A stretch of DNA of 64,000 nt, from the NCBI GenBank assembly GCA_950097015.1, contig CATNEN010000039.1, positions 5,332,001 through 5,396,000 of the forward strand. Reading direction: 5' to 3'. Positions 1 to 13,404 of the stretch are shown one piece after another. Position 1 is the first letter of the stretch. Every line of letters starts with the position of its first letter. The notes beneath the pieces were generated by a model, which did no database searches, was not told where the DNA came from, and saw only the letters and a list, made by a program, of their open reading frames with translations. The DNA comes from Macrostomum hystrix. Taxonomy: Eukaryota; Animalia; Platyhelminthes. Both the position numbers and the translations under genes were made by a program.

Positions 1-90
1 GTCCCACACCCTGACTGTCCCACAACCTGATTGTCCCACACCCTGACTGTCCCACACCCTGACTGTTCCACACCGACTGTCCCACAACCA
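1..90. repeat. 16-bp minisatellite (gtcccacaccctgact), truncated by window edge
   Basis: Directly visible; reverse complement of the 855-1222 array. Confidence 0.9.
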
Positions 91-183
91 GACCAGCCTA
101 GCCACACTGTACATTTTAAGCCAATAAGTATTTAATCAACCAGATCTCGAGCCTCAGCATCAGCCATCCATCACATGTCCCAC

Positions 184-3100
184 CTGCATGTCCCTTCGCC
201 GCAAGTCGGCCTCCAGCTGCTGAATCCTGGCGTTGGCCGCCTCCAATCGACGCGAATGCCTCAGATCGGCGCTCATCGACCTCTTCAAAGAAGTTAGCTG
301 CCTGTTGATGCCGTTAAAGACGCCCTCCTCGCCGCTGGACATCGGTTCGTAGAGGCTGCGCTTTGGCTGACGGGGATTCTGCTGCTGCTGCTGCTGTTGC
401 TGCAGGGATAACCGGCTGCCCCCAGCCCTGCTGCGAGCCGACGGTCCCGGAGGCGGCAAACTTGTCGGCCGTCTGGGAGGCGGTTGGCGGCGTTCGCCGC
501 GCTCCGCGTCGCTGTAGTTCTCGTTGCCCTCGTGGTCCTCTAGATCATTGTAATCGTCGTCATCATCGTCGTCAGAGCTCCAGGGATTCACTGGGCGATT
601 GTGTGAGACAATCGACACACGTGGCTGCTGCTGCTGCTGATGCTGTGAGTAGGAGTTGCGCCAATGCTTTGTATGAGCGTAAAAGGCGCAAAAAGCCTCT
701 CCTAGAGGTTATTCGCTGTGGAACTGTCCTCGTTAGGAGAAGTTTGGTGTGGGACATGGTGTGGGACATGGTGTGGGACATGGTGTGGGGCATGATGGTT
801 TCAAAGGCAGCAAACTTGTCGACCGTGTGACAGTCTAATATTAAGGTAGTTTCGGTGTGGGACAGCTGGGCGCGGCACAGTGTCTGGGTGTGGGGTAGTC
901 AGGGTGTGGTGCAGTCAGGGTGTGGGTCAGTCAGGGTGTGGGACAATCTGGGTGTGGTGCAGTCAGGGTGTGGGTCAGTCAGGGTGTGGGTCAGTCAGGG
1001 TGTGGTGCAGTCAGGGTGTGGTGCAGTCAGGGTGTGGTGCAGTCAGGGTGTGGTGCAGTCAGGGTGTGGTGCAGTCAGGGTGTGGGACAGTCAGGGTGTG
1101 GGACAGTCAGGGTGTGGGACAGTCAGGGTGTATGTCAGTCAGGCTGTGGGACAGTCAGGGTGTGGGTCAGTCAGGCTGTGGGACAGTCAGGGTGTGGGCC
1201 AGTCAGGGTGTGGTGCAGTCAGGACGTAAAAAATCAACCTTGGCTGGTGTTCCGCGGGTGGCTCCTCGCCACTGTTTCCGAGGCCTGGCATCTTCGGCAT
1301 CATCGCGGGCCTCATTACGACGACGATCGTAGAAATCGTCGGCCGCTGTCGCCGCAGCGTCAGGTTCGTCGGCAGCTTCGGAATCGTCGTCGCTGCGCAG
1401 ACGTCGCCGTCCAGAGCCGCTGGCAAGCATGTTTGAATGCTGGCGATAAGTGCCGCCGCTGCCGCCGCGCTTCAACAGCTCGGCCTCAGTTGGCAGGCGA
1501 ATCGGCCGGTTTTGAGAGGCCTCGCGGCTGCTTGAGTCCGCTTGCTTTCCTAGAATCCTAGTCCTAGACTCAACGCGTTCTTCTTCTTTCTCCTCCTCGC
1601 CTGGTTTTTCTTCCGGTGGCTGGCAGCGGGAAAATGGAAGCAGTTTTATTTAGCACGGCTTACCAAGGAGGGGGGCAGCAATTGAGAAGATTGGCAGGCC
1701 TACGAGGTGGGTATAATAAAATTCAATAGGCGAGCACGGGGGCAGCCACTCCTCACATCGCCATATCCTCCAGTTAAATTATCCTCAAAGGCCTGAAGGG
1801 ACTTTCCATTGCAGGTGGGTCATTTTTGGACGAGAGGAAGAATGCAATTTAAAATTCCCTCAGTTGCGACGTTTTTATATCCCATTTTTATATTAATATT
1901 CTATTATTAATAATAGAATAGTCGCGCTGCAACACGACTTTGCCTTCTTAAAGCATTAAATCACTAAAGACAGGCACTGATTTTCATAAATCATAATTCA
2001 AAAATATATTATAAAAAAGGCATCTGCATAGATTTGGATAATTTTAAGTTGTAGGATTTTGAGAACAGTGCGATTCTGAGCAGTGAGATTCTGAGCAGGG
2101 AGATTCTGAGCAGTGAGATTCTAAGCAGGGAGATTCTGAGCAGTGAGATTCTAAGCAGTGAGATTCTGAGCAGGGAGATTCTGAGCAGTGAGATTCGGAG
2201 TAGTGAGATTCTAAGCAGTGAGATTCTGAGCAGGGAGATTCTGAGCAGTGCGATTCTGAGTAGTGCGATTCTACGCAATGAGATTCTACGCAGTGAGATT
2301 CTACACAGTGAGATTCTAAGCAGTGAGATTCGGAGTAGTGAGATTCTAAGCAGTGAGATTCTGAGCAGGGAGATTCTGAGCAGTGAGATTCTGAGCAGTG
2401 AGATTCTGAGCAGTGAGATTCTGAGCAGTGAGATTCTACGCACTGGGACTCTAAGCAGCACTGAAGATCTGTGGGTGAATGACTGAAGCACTGAAGACCA
2501 ACAAGTTCAGAAGAATTAAGATATGCTGATGTGTAACTTACCTGTTGAGTTGTGTTGCGTTTAGCACCAAAAAGTTGCTGCTGCTGCTGTTGTTGCTGCT
2601 TTTTATTCTGCTTCAGCGGTCTCAACTGAGATTCCTCGTCCTGTTCCTCTTCTTCAATCACGCGTGTCTGCTTGGCTCTGGCCAGCAAGCGTCTATTATC
2701 ATCCCCAGCGGATGAGTAAGCTGGACGATGATAGTGTCGGCTGAGTCCTGCAGCCCCACTGGCGGATTCCGCAGTCTTGAAAATAAAATAGGTAATAAAT
2801 TCAAAGTCAAGCAATAAGCAGTTATTCCACTGAGACTAAATGTGCAGTTGTTCAAGTATCCGAGTCGGGTCTTTTTTCTTCAGCCTCGAGTGAGTTGCTA
2901 AATATTTGGCCCTCTATAATACACAAGAATGGAGAGCGCTGCTTTGCACACTTCTTTCCTAGAAAAATCTGTGGTCTCTTCTCTTCTCTCTCGTCGGCAT
3001 CAAAGCTTCTTCCAACCAACACTAAAAGAGGAGGTTGGAGAGGCAAGCGAGAGAGAAATAACGCAGAATTAAAAAGCAGCCAAGACCAAAAAGAAACGGA

Positions 3101-3228
3101 TCAGTTTGGCTTTGTGCAGTGTGTTTGCCAAGGTGTTGTTTAAGGTAAAAACTACCCGCATATTTTGCTGCTCTCCCTGTCAAGAAGCATCGCCTAAATA
3201 CACAGCATGCCAGTCTGCCAACAACACA

Positions 3229-3263
<35 letters not shown>

Positions 3264-6200
3264 GCTGCCCAATACCCGACCCGTACACAGATTCTAATAG
3301 CAGAGCTCATTGTTAACTAGTTAACTAACTAGTCTGGTTATCGGCCACAAACGTGGAATGTTAAACACAAATTGACTAGCTTTATAATTTAGAATCTATT
3401 TTGTTTTGTGCCATTAGTAATACGTGCGAACTGCTGGCAGAGATATTATACAAAACTTTAACAAAAATAACTGATTACACCTGCCCAATTGTATCTGAAG
3501 GCTGTGTGCGGCTGTTCAGTCCATGGACTGGGGGGGGGGACGCCACACCCACCCTCAATAACGCCAGCTGATGCTGTTACCCATAAATTGCTGCATAATT
3601 AAAGCAATGCAGAGTTAGGTGTCTCGGTAAAGGACATAAATTCAAGCAGGGGTTGTAGCCTTGTGGTTAGGGCGTCGAATTCACTACTTGAAGGTCGCGG
3701 GTTCGATTCCCGATTTCACTGGAACAATCCATTGCTTTAATTCACCCAGCTGTTAAATGTGTACCAGGATTAGCTGGGGTAATTGAAGGTGGGTATGGCT
3801 TCCCCCAGTCCATGGACTGAACAGCCTTTAGACGCGCCGCGCAATAGCTGCGGCTGTGCCCGATTGGGCAGGCGTAATCAGTTATTATTATTTATCAAAT
3901 GTTATATTTTAGAAGAAATTCAGCAGCTATTGAGGATCTGTTCAGTCCATGGACTGGGGCATTCACACTAACTTTAACTTCTATCCAGCTAATGCTACTT
4001 CCTAACAATTTTAACAGCATGTGAGCTTAATTGTTATCATTGAGTCTAAATTCGAACTTCAGACCTACAACCGGCACTAACCAGGTTGAGCAGCGAGTCA
4101 CCCTGCCCAGAATCATCCGGTCCTTCATCGTCATTGCCAGCCTCCTCATATTCGTATTGTTCTTCGAATCTGTCGCCAGTTTGGGCTCGCATCTTCGGTG
4201 ACTGCTTGACAGCACTTTTTTGAGGCGAATCAGGCATTGCAGTGACTGACGATGAATAGTTATCATCGGGGGCCTGGAGTCTCTGAAATAAGCATTCAGT
4301 GTTTGACAAACTGGATGTTCAGTGTTAGACAAACTGTATGTTCAGCGTCAGATGAAACTGTGTGCTCAACATTAGACTCACCCCGGCAGTGAGGGGTGTC
4401 ACAGGCGTCACTGGTGTGCTAGCAGCGGATCTCAGGGTTCGATTACGCACGGCTCGTTTCAAACGATTCAAAGCCTGACCCAGGCTGTCGGTGCCAAACC
4501 CCGTCTGTTGTCCGGTCTGAGAAAAACGGAAAAACGGTGTGACAAACAGAATATATACTGCAAATCAAGCAGCTGTTTTATAGATAGACTGCGCCAATTG
4601 GCACACTGGCAAGCAGTAATGAGTTCCTGGGCTAGCTAAGCTTGCACATACACTCTGCCTATTAAACAAAATAATTAGCATTCTGGCAAAGTCAAAGCCG
4701 GTAATTAATACAATTAAACGGGTTCGGAACCATGCCATCGGTAACCATGGCAACCAAAATTAGAATCAAGAAGACAATCCTGGCACAGACACAGCTAGCT
4801 AAAGACTGCGCGCCTCTATCTGTTCAGTCTGTGGACAGTACCCAATTAACAGCTCATTACACTAAAGTGATTCGAACTAGCGACCTTTTGAAAAGAAGCA
4901 CTAATTAATGGGCTACAGGCTCCATTGATGCATTAGACAAGCTTAAACAAAAAGTATTAATAATAATTTTAAAAAATAACAAAGAAATGGTTACCATGGA
5001 AACCAATGGTAAACTTTTTCCCATTTCTACCTCAGCCTCATCAGCGTCAACCACATCTTCGTCGTCGTGGCCGTCGGATTCGCCGCCAGCCAGCCAATCC
5101 TTCAAGCGTCGATCGATTTCAGTGGCGGCTGCGGCTGCCAACGCTGCAGCGGAGCTCGGCTCTGACATCATCGTAGAGGCGGCGGCACTGGCAATGGCGG
5201 CGGCGGCTTGCGACGACTCCAGCCGAGCGGCCCGCTGCTCGGCGGCTGCCCGGCCGGCTGATTCGTCGGCCAGGGCTTGTCGAAGGTTGGCGCACTCTTC
5301 GCGTCGCTGCTCGAGTTGCCTATAGAACAGAGAGGGTCAGGCAGGCTGCAAAATACAGCCACACCGCCACGTATGGGACTGAACCCTAAGGATCTTCAGG
5401 CACGGAACTTTGAACATTCTCAGCTATCAGCCTTTTAATTCTAAGCTCCTCAGGTATGGAACTTCCACCTGACCAAGATCCTCAGGTATGGGACCTCCAA
5501 CTCACAGGTCCTCAGGTATGGGACCTCCAACTCACAGGTCCTCAGGTATGGGACCTCCAACTCACAGGTCATCAGGTATGGGACCTCCAACTCACAGGTC
5601 CTCAGGTATGGGACCTCCAACTCACAGGTCCTCAGGTATGGGACCTCCAACTCACAGGTCCTCAGGTATGGGACCTCCAACTCACAGGTCCTCAGTTATG
5701 GGACCTCCAACTCACAGGTCCTCAGGTATGGGACTTTCAGCTCACTGATCCTCAGCCATGGGACATCCAGCTGACCAAGATCCTCATGTATGGGACCTCC
5801 AACTCACAGGTCCTCAGGTATGGGACTTCCAACTCACAGGTCCTCAGGTATGGGACTTTCAGCTCACTGATCCTCAGCCATGGGACATCCAGCTGACCAA
5901 GATCCTCAGGTATGGGAGCTCCAACTCACAAATACTCAGGCATGGGACCTCCAACTCACAGATACTCAGGAATAGGATTCTTAAAGTATTCACTTTTTAG
6001 ATTTAAAAAAGTTGCGATGCCTGAGACAAAATAGCCAATAAAAGCGGTCAACCAACCTGCCCAGCTGGCGGATCTCCGGCGCGGTGAGCGCCAGCCTTTT
6101 GTCCTCGGCCGACTGGGCCCGCTCTTTCAGCAGCTCCTCCTCCAGGCGCCGGCGCTGCCTGTCCGAGGCGTCCAGCTGGGCGCGGAGCTGGCGCTGCCCG

Positions 6201-9200
6201 GCCTGCAGCTCTGACTCGGCTTGCCGCGCCTGGCGAAGCCGCGACTCGGCTGCCGCGGCGTCCTCTCGCAGCACTGTCAGGGTGGCATCGGCTCGATCTA
6301 GCTGGTCGCGACGCTGTGCTAGTCGACGATCTAGAGCGGCCAGGACGCGCTGTCGATAATCCAGGAGCTGCGGCGAAGCTGCCAGCGGACTGGGATTCGG
6401 CCGATCGGCGCTCGGGGTGGACAGCTCGTGCTGGCTGGCCGACAGACGCGGCGGACTGAACCGCACAGCGGCTGCCGTGGCTGCCGCAGCCGCCGCGATG
6501 TAGCGGGCCTTGCCGATGTAGGGCGACTCCCCCGTACCGCCGGCGGCGCCATCAGCTGCGTCGTCCTTTGAGGACAGAAAAGAGGCCGGTTGTTTTCGAT
6601 TGGTTGGGATAATTGGTAGTTTGGTAGGAATCGAACCCCCGACTTTTAAGTCGCGAGTCCCAATTGTTTCAAAAAAGTCCAACCGAGTCAATGGAAGAGC
6701 CGGGCGCTCGGCCCAGTGCGCCGAATTTCTCGTCCATCTTGTAGAACACCAGCTCCTGCTCCAGCTCATAGTGCTTCCTTGAGGCTTTCGCCAGTTCTTC
6801 TGTCTTCTTCTGCAGCTGATAGGGTGCATCAGGAGGGAGGGTGATTAGATGGGATAAAACCAACTATAGCTAAGTGTGGAGCAACCCATTTTAAACTCTA
6901 TATTGATTAACTCAGTTTTCTGTTCCGTCTTCATAACGTTAAGCGAGTGTTTCGCAGCGACTTGGCAAAGACAGCTTTCAGCGAACGTAAGAAAATTATA
7001 AAATCTAAGAAAGAACGAAATTAAAATGGTAACTTTAAAAACACTTGCAAAAGCTATCAATCTGCCAGTCAAAGTGAAACTTACTTTATTTGCAGATATC
7101 GCATGTTTCTTTCATCATTGTTTGTCATCATACGAGTAATATACTCATTCAGAAAGAACAGCTGACAGGTCAGACGGGGAGAACAGCTGACAGGTCAGAT
7201 GGGGAGAACAGCTTACAGGTCAGACGGGGAATACAGCTGACAGGTCAGATGGGGAGAACAGCTGACAGGTCAGATGGGGAGAACAGCTGACAGGTCAGAT
7301 GGGGAGAACAGCTGACAGGTCAGATGGGGAGAACAGCTGACAGCTTAGATGGGGACAACAGCTGACGGGTCAGATGGGGAGAACAGCTGACAGGTCAGAT
7401 GGGGAGAACAGCTGACAGGTCAGACGGGGAGAACAGCTGACAGCTCAGATGGGGAGAACAGCTGACAGGTCAGATGGGGAGAACAGCTGACAGATCAGAC
7501 GGGGAGAACAGCTGACAGCTCAGATGGGGACAACAGCTGACAGGTCAGATGGGGAGAACAGATGACAGGTCAGACGGGGAGAACAGCTGACAGCTCAGAT
7601 GGGGACAACAGCTGACAGGTCAGATGGGGAGAACAGATGACAGCTCAGATGGGGACAACAGCTGACAGGTCAGATGGGGAGAACAGATGACAGGTTAGAT
7701 GGGGAGAATAGCCGACGGGTCAGATGGGGAGAACAGATGACAGGTCAGATGGGGAGAACAGATGACAGGTCAGACGGGGAGAACAGATGACAGGTCAGAT
7801 GGGGAGAACAGCCGACGGGTCAGATGGGGAGAACAGATGACAGGTCAGACGGGGAGAACAGATGACAGGTCAGATGGGGAGAACAGCCGACGGGTCAGAT
7901 GGGGAGAACACAGTGGGCAGAGGAGCTTACGAGGCTGTCCTTGAGCCGCAGCTGTTGCAGCAAATCTTCTCTCTCACGCTCTCGCTCGTCCTGCTGCTCA
8001 AGCGCTGAGTCGACCTGGCCGTTAAGCTCGCCAACCTCCTCCTCGTAGGTGAGCAGTTGGGCCCGCAGTTCGTCCGCTGCAAACTCGGCCTCCTCGAGTT
8101 TGATCTGCAGTCTGTCGGCTTCGTCCTGACGAAATCTGGCGTCGGCTTCGGCGCGCTCAAGTGGCGCCACCGGCCGGCCGTCCAATTTGGCCAGGCTGGG
8201 CAGGCAGAACAGCAGGTAGGGCCGGTAGTGCTCAAGATCGCTGATTGGATTGCCAGACAGACTCAGCGTGGCCAGGTTGGCTAGTAGGCGGAGCTTGGCC
8301 GGCTCAGAGAGCTGGGGATAAAAAGTGACGAGATGCAATTGGGATCCGAATGAAAATCCCAGTCTTAAACCTAGCTGAGTCAAAGACACTCGCGCCTTAA
8401 GTCATTGAGCTCAAGCTCCACCAAGGCACTGTGAGTACACCGCCTGAACCCTGACTTTCTCATCGTCAATGTACACTCTCACTCTGCCTGGGAGGTTGAC
8501 CCCAAGGGGCATAAATTGCACGACAAGCCCCCAAGCCTTCTCTCCGCGGCTGCGCCCCTAATTAACGTGGCGCAGCCACGGATATATATATGTTATTATA
8601 ACGTTATAATTATTATAGTTTGGCCTTTAAAATTCCTGGTTTTTTATAAAATAATTCTAGTCATTTTAGTCGTTCCAAATTCCCAAACTGTGAAAACACG
8701 AGCCCACATATACGCACCGATTCAATTTTGTTATCCCCTAGTAGCAGGGTGTCTAAACACTTCAACCGCCTAGCCATACCGGCAGGCAGGCTGGCAATGA
8801 GGTTGCCAGTCAGGTTCAGCAGGCGCAGTTGCGTCAGAGCCTCGAAGCAATCGATTCGGCCAATCCGGTTGTGGGCCAGATTTAATTCGCGCAGGCGGAC
8901 CAGCTTGTCCAAGTGCTCCATTTTTTCTATGATGTTGAAGCTGAGCGTCAGCGACTGCAAGTTCTTCAGCTTGTCCAGATTCTCGATAAACTGTGTTCAA
9001 TTAGGTCCAAGGGGAGTGTTTTGTTTACATGAAGCTGTTAGCCTTGTGATTACAGCTTTGGTCTTGTGTTTAAGTGGTCGCAAGTTCGAATCTCAGCCGA
9101 ATGGACCCAGTTTCTTGCTAAAGGACACAAATTATTCTAGTGGGGTCGGGAATCGAAGCCCCGACCTTCAAGTCGTGAGTCCCACACTGAAACCACTAGG

Positions 9201-9703
9201 CTACAGCCCCTGATTAAGGTACATATCACATATTTTATACCCCTTTACAATGGAAATAATCTAATTTTACAGATTTTACTCACTCGGATCTTACGGTTGT
9301 CTGTCCTGTTGGACAGGTTCAAGGAGAACACAGTGGCCAGATCCTGCTGTCTGGAGGCCCTGAGTACCAGCGACTCGGAGATATAGCGAACACCACTGGC
9401 ACCAGCTGACTGTGGCTGCAGTGAACTGCGCTTCTCAATGCTGACTGTTAAAAATAATAACCCAAGTATTAATATTCACAGGAAAACTTATAGGGTCTAG
9501 CCCACTTCCTGGGCTTAAGATTTGGACTTTTGACTAATGTATGAAAAAAATGTGAACAAACAGTTTAACTTACCACCCTCATGTGACAAGCCACTATTGA
9601 TGGTCTCATCCTCATCTGTAGATGGAACAGAATCTTCTGTGACAGCACTAGCACTACTAGGACCAACTCTTGGTGAGCGCAATGGAATTCTGGACTGACT
9701 CAT
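184..9703 (-). CDS. CNTRL: Centriolin/CEP110-like LRR + coiled-coil protein, 5' part; multi-exon, continues beyond window start
   Basis: Manually joined GT-AG exons: 9703-9574, 9444-9284, 8990-8718, 8311-7931, 6815-6684, 6565-6057, 5319-5031, 4516-4382, 4282-4082, 2775-2542, 1619-1239, 642-184; all phases are compatible. Translation gives GVRYISESL..SLNLS..KIRFIENLDKL, SDS22-type LRRs, an LRR cap (NPISDLEHYRPYLLFCLPSLAKLDGRPV), then YELEQELVFYKMDEKF and ESPYIGKARY, which I recognise from vertebrate centriolin. The downstream low-complexity exons are less certain. Confidence 0.85.
855..1222. repeat. 16-bp minisatellite (cagtcagggtgtggga/tg)
   Basis: Directly visible, intronic; a related 12-mer lies at 747-790. 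Confidence 0.95.
2065..2460. repeat. 15-bp minisatellite (gagattctgagcagt)
   Basis: Directly visible, CNTRL intron. Confidence 0.95.
3230..3261. repeat. (CA)n microsatellite
   Basis: Directly visible. Confidence 0.95.
3478..4020. mobile_element. Cluster of three family B SINE pieces (minus 3478-3640, plus 3649-3890, minus 3937-4020)
   Basis: Three cagtccatggactg tails; tRNA head ggggttgtagccttgtggttagggcg..gggttcgattccc at 3649. Confidence 0.75.
5450..5970. repeat. 30-bp minisatellite (ctcaggtatgggacctccaactcacaggtc)
   Basis: Directly visible, CNTRL intron. Confidence 0.95.
7155..7912. repeat. 25-bp minisatellite (gctgacaggtcagatggggagaaca)
   Basis: Directly visible, CNTRL intron. Confidence 0.95.
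8430..8580 (-). mobile_element. SINE family A fragment
   Basis: ccctgactttctcatcgtca..gtacactctcactc..gcacgacaagccc..ttctctccgcggctgcgcccc. Confidence 0.7.
9110..9210 (-). mobile_element. SINE family B head fragment
   Basis: ggggctgtagcctagtggtt..cttcgattcccgacc..tgtgtcctttagcaag on the minus strand. Confidence 0.7.
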
Positions 9704-10306
9704 TTTAAATGCCTTTACAAATCCATTGCCTAGCAATAGTATTCTGTCATTTTAGCATTTCACTGGAAAAACACTTAGTTATATTAAAGTAAAGAAAACT
9801 AACAATATATTTTATATTAAGCATGTCACATTAGAATTCAAATGGAACAGAACTAGAAACTTCCTTTAATTATATTAACTGAGTTAAACTTACTTTGAAT
9901 ATTGTAGATATTATCTAGATATTAGGTGGACCTATTATTAATCAGCATTATATGGCACTTCAACATGACATATCTGAAAATGATAGCTAACTGATAAGAA
10001 TAATAGGATATATTGTGAAGATCAGCTTTCAAATCAGTTTTTTTCTGTTGATTCTATGTCTACTTACAGATTTCGATCCAGTTTAGACTTTAGAGAAATT
10101 AATAAACTGAAAGTCTCAAACTCATTGTCTCATTGGTCAGTACACTCAGTTTAGCTACTTGTTTAAGATATTTTAATTGCAGAAATTGTCAATAGTAATG
10201 ATCATTCAGTATGTTTAGCTGTTTATCATATTATGTCTTCACAATCATAGCTCTTAAGAACTAGACTAGCGCTAGCTACTAGCTAGCTAATGGTAGAGTT
10301 ATTTAA

Positions 10307-10794
10307 GGTAAGGGTAGGCCCTACCGATCACTTTGGCGACAAGTCACTTCGGCGCCAGCCATTTTGGTGACAAGTGGCTAATTAACTTTGGCAACAAGTT
10401 TTGATCACTTAGGCGACAATTAATTACAGGAAATAATTATACCCAACACAATCATAAAACATAGATCATAAATCATAAATCATGGGCTGGGGCAGAGTTG
10501 GCTGGGTTAAAATTCAATAAATAAACTTGGCGCGCCTCTCACTGTAGGCGGAGAAGAATGTGAATATATATAAGTTATATAAAAAATTTTCAAAATACTA
10601 CTGATGTTAATGTACTGTTATAAAACAAATTTCATACCCATTTTAAAGTAAAATTATCGCCTGTAATTAAATCAACAAGTGATCACTTTGTCGCCTCAGT
10701 GATCAAAACTTGTAGTCGAAGTCAATTTGCCGAAATGACTTGTCTCCAAAATGACTGTCGCCGAAGTGATTTGTCGCCCAAGTGATCGTAACCC
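10307..10794. mobile_element. Non-autonomous TIR DNA transposon (MITE), Kolobok-like termini
   Basis: About 110-bp imperfect terminal inverted repeats (cgatcactttggcgacaagtcacttcggcg... / ...cgccgaagtgatttgtcgcccaagtgatcg) with internal subrepeats and an AT-rich core. The right end is ...gtaaccc|TTAA; the left end TTAA|gg is degraded. Superfamily assignment is inferred from TTAA plus GG..CC termini. Confidence 0.75.
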
Positions 10795-13404
10795 TTAATT
10801 TAACACATCAGCTTGATTCAGCTGCTGATTGGTTAGCTACGCAAATGTTTACTAGTATTTTTTTTTGTTAATAAATGTGATGAAAAAACATACAATTTTT
10901 TTATTGATATAGTGCGAGTTATTTAATAATAAGAAGAATAATAAATTCTATATAGAACATAAAAAGAAGCCCGACATAATACCTGTATAGTGTATTTTCT
11001 CCAAAAAACGTGCACATTTTAAAGTTTTGAAACCTAGCAAGCACTCTTTTCAGCAAATAAACAAGATATGCGACTTAAAAAAGTAGTCTCCAGTTTTCTT
11101 ATAATCTAGCATTGTTATCTATAGGTTTTTTAGAACTTATTAATTTATTTCTTTTTTAAGTCTTAGAATTTAAGCCCAACATATTAGCCCAGAGAGATTC
11201 AAAAGAAATGTTTGTCATTTCATAGAAACGGTAAGCTAAATAACGTGACACTAAAGTTCAACATAGTTGATCATCGAAATTTCAGACACCTTTTCGCTAT
11301 TAGGTAGGATATAGGTTCTAACTTAATGAAGTGCATTCAAGCCAAGCTTATCTCGTTTCTAATCATACCTCTGTGTCAGCTAGTCTTGTGCTAGACCTTA
11401 CTCACTGAGTTACTCTTTCTATATCTATGTATCTCTGTTGTTTGTAAATAACTGTTATCATTTGCTTTTGCATGTACTTTTCTGTGAATTAGATGTAAAA
11501 TTAAAATAAATTTACAACGTTTGCAAATGGAGAGTGATCGGTATGGACTGTATCTCACTTCATGATTTATTTGCGATAGGCCTACATAGTCCACACTCCA
11601 CAGACCACAGACTGTCAGCTGACAACCCATGTTTCCCAGATAGACCAAAAGATTTTTCGTTTTTCGTCACCTTGAACTGCCTGTGAATGACATGTACATG
11701 TTATTTTTATGCACAAGTATGCTGTAGATAGTACATGTACAGAGTTAAATCATACCATAGCCCATAGGCTATAGGCCTATGACATCAAATCATCCTGAAA
11801 GCACGGGAGTGACTAAGAGAAAACTAAACCTCTAAACAAAGCTGTTTTGATGCAGTTAAGCAATCCATTTAAAGTTTAATATGTTAAGGAAATTAGAAAA
11901 TTGTAAATTAAATGCCAGAAAGCAAAAAAGATTTTTTAATACATTTATTTGTGTACTTCTCATGCATTTGTGTTTTTATGTTGCTAAATCTACAATTCAG
12001 GTACAAACAGAAACTTGCAAAAAGTACTGAAAAGCAAGACTGGCCAATAAAATGCATGGTACTGAAAAACACATTCACCAAAAAGCCCAACAACCATAGC
12101 GAGTAGTTTTGGGCCTAGAATATATATATATTTATATTAGGCCTAGTCTAGCTAGCTACAAAAGATAATTTTATGCCCTTGTAGCTATATTCTACATTGG
12201 CTATCTTGTATTTTTGCACATATAATTTTTTCCTCCTTAAATTATACTATATAACAAATTTTAACGACATTTGATGTAGTGAAGCAAAGATTTTACATTG
12301 ATAGTTTTTACACTTCAAAGCCCCTTTTTGACAGCCATGTTGCAGAGTTCCTATGGTGTTGGATCTATCATAAGAAAGCCTTTGGCAATCTCCTGTTCTG
12401 GGTTACCCACTAGGGGCCTAAGTATACTACCCAGTCTAGGTAGTCCATGTATTAGTGTCTGTCATATTGACAGAACTTGAAAATATATTTGTTAAATCTC
12501 ATGACTTGTTACTTATTAAAAACTTGCCAAACATTGTTTAAATTATCAAGTGTCATTAAAATAAATTTTAAGAGAATAAATAATTCAATGCGTGAAAATT
12601 CATGATAGCCACTATATTTAATTTTATAGCAGCCATATCTTCTAGGCTGCCTAGAATATGCCTATTTACATTTATATAGTATATTATTAGCTTTAACCAT
12701 CATTTAAGATTATTGAATTGATAGCAAAGCAAAAGCCCTCCCCATTTTGTTTTCTAATCTCCCCAATACAGTTTTAACCAAATTCACCATTGAAAGATGA
12801 AATTATGAAACCAAATAGTGTTAATGCTATTTTACTAGAATTGTAGGTCCAATGACAAATATAACATTTTTTAATTGTGACATGGGGATCACAAAACTAA
12901 CACAAAACTAAAACTAATGGCAATGACAATGGCAATACATTGGCCAATCAGATATTAGAGTTGGTAGACACTAAAATGTTTACATGGCTTTTGTTTACTC
13001 AATTTTTATTATGTAATGTTTTTTGTATTATTTTGACATAATGTTTTGTTTATAACTGCCATCAAAATTATTTTAGTGCTTTTGTGCTCAATTTTGTACT
13101 AATTTTCAATTATTTGAAAATATGTGGAATTAGGTTGAAATTTGGAAAGTATGGTGACTTTGCAGCTTATGGACTTACAGCTTATTACAGCTATAAAACA
13201 AAGTTTTAAAATTCACAGTGATAGCTGAGAAATAGCTTTAGCTATAACACAGGCTGTATGTCTGGCCCAACTAGGCTAGATATTTAATAAAATTTGTTTG
13301 AAGTTAGGAAACTATTGTGGCATAAAATCTTGCCTGTTTATTTTCTAACATTGGTCAGTAGATGTTCATTTTAAAACTATATTTCTTATATTTTTTGCTA
13401 GCCA

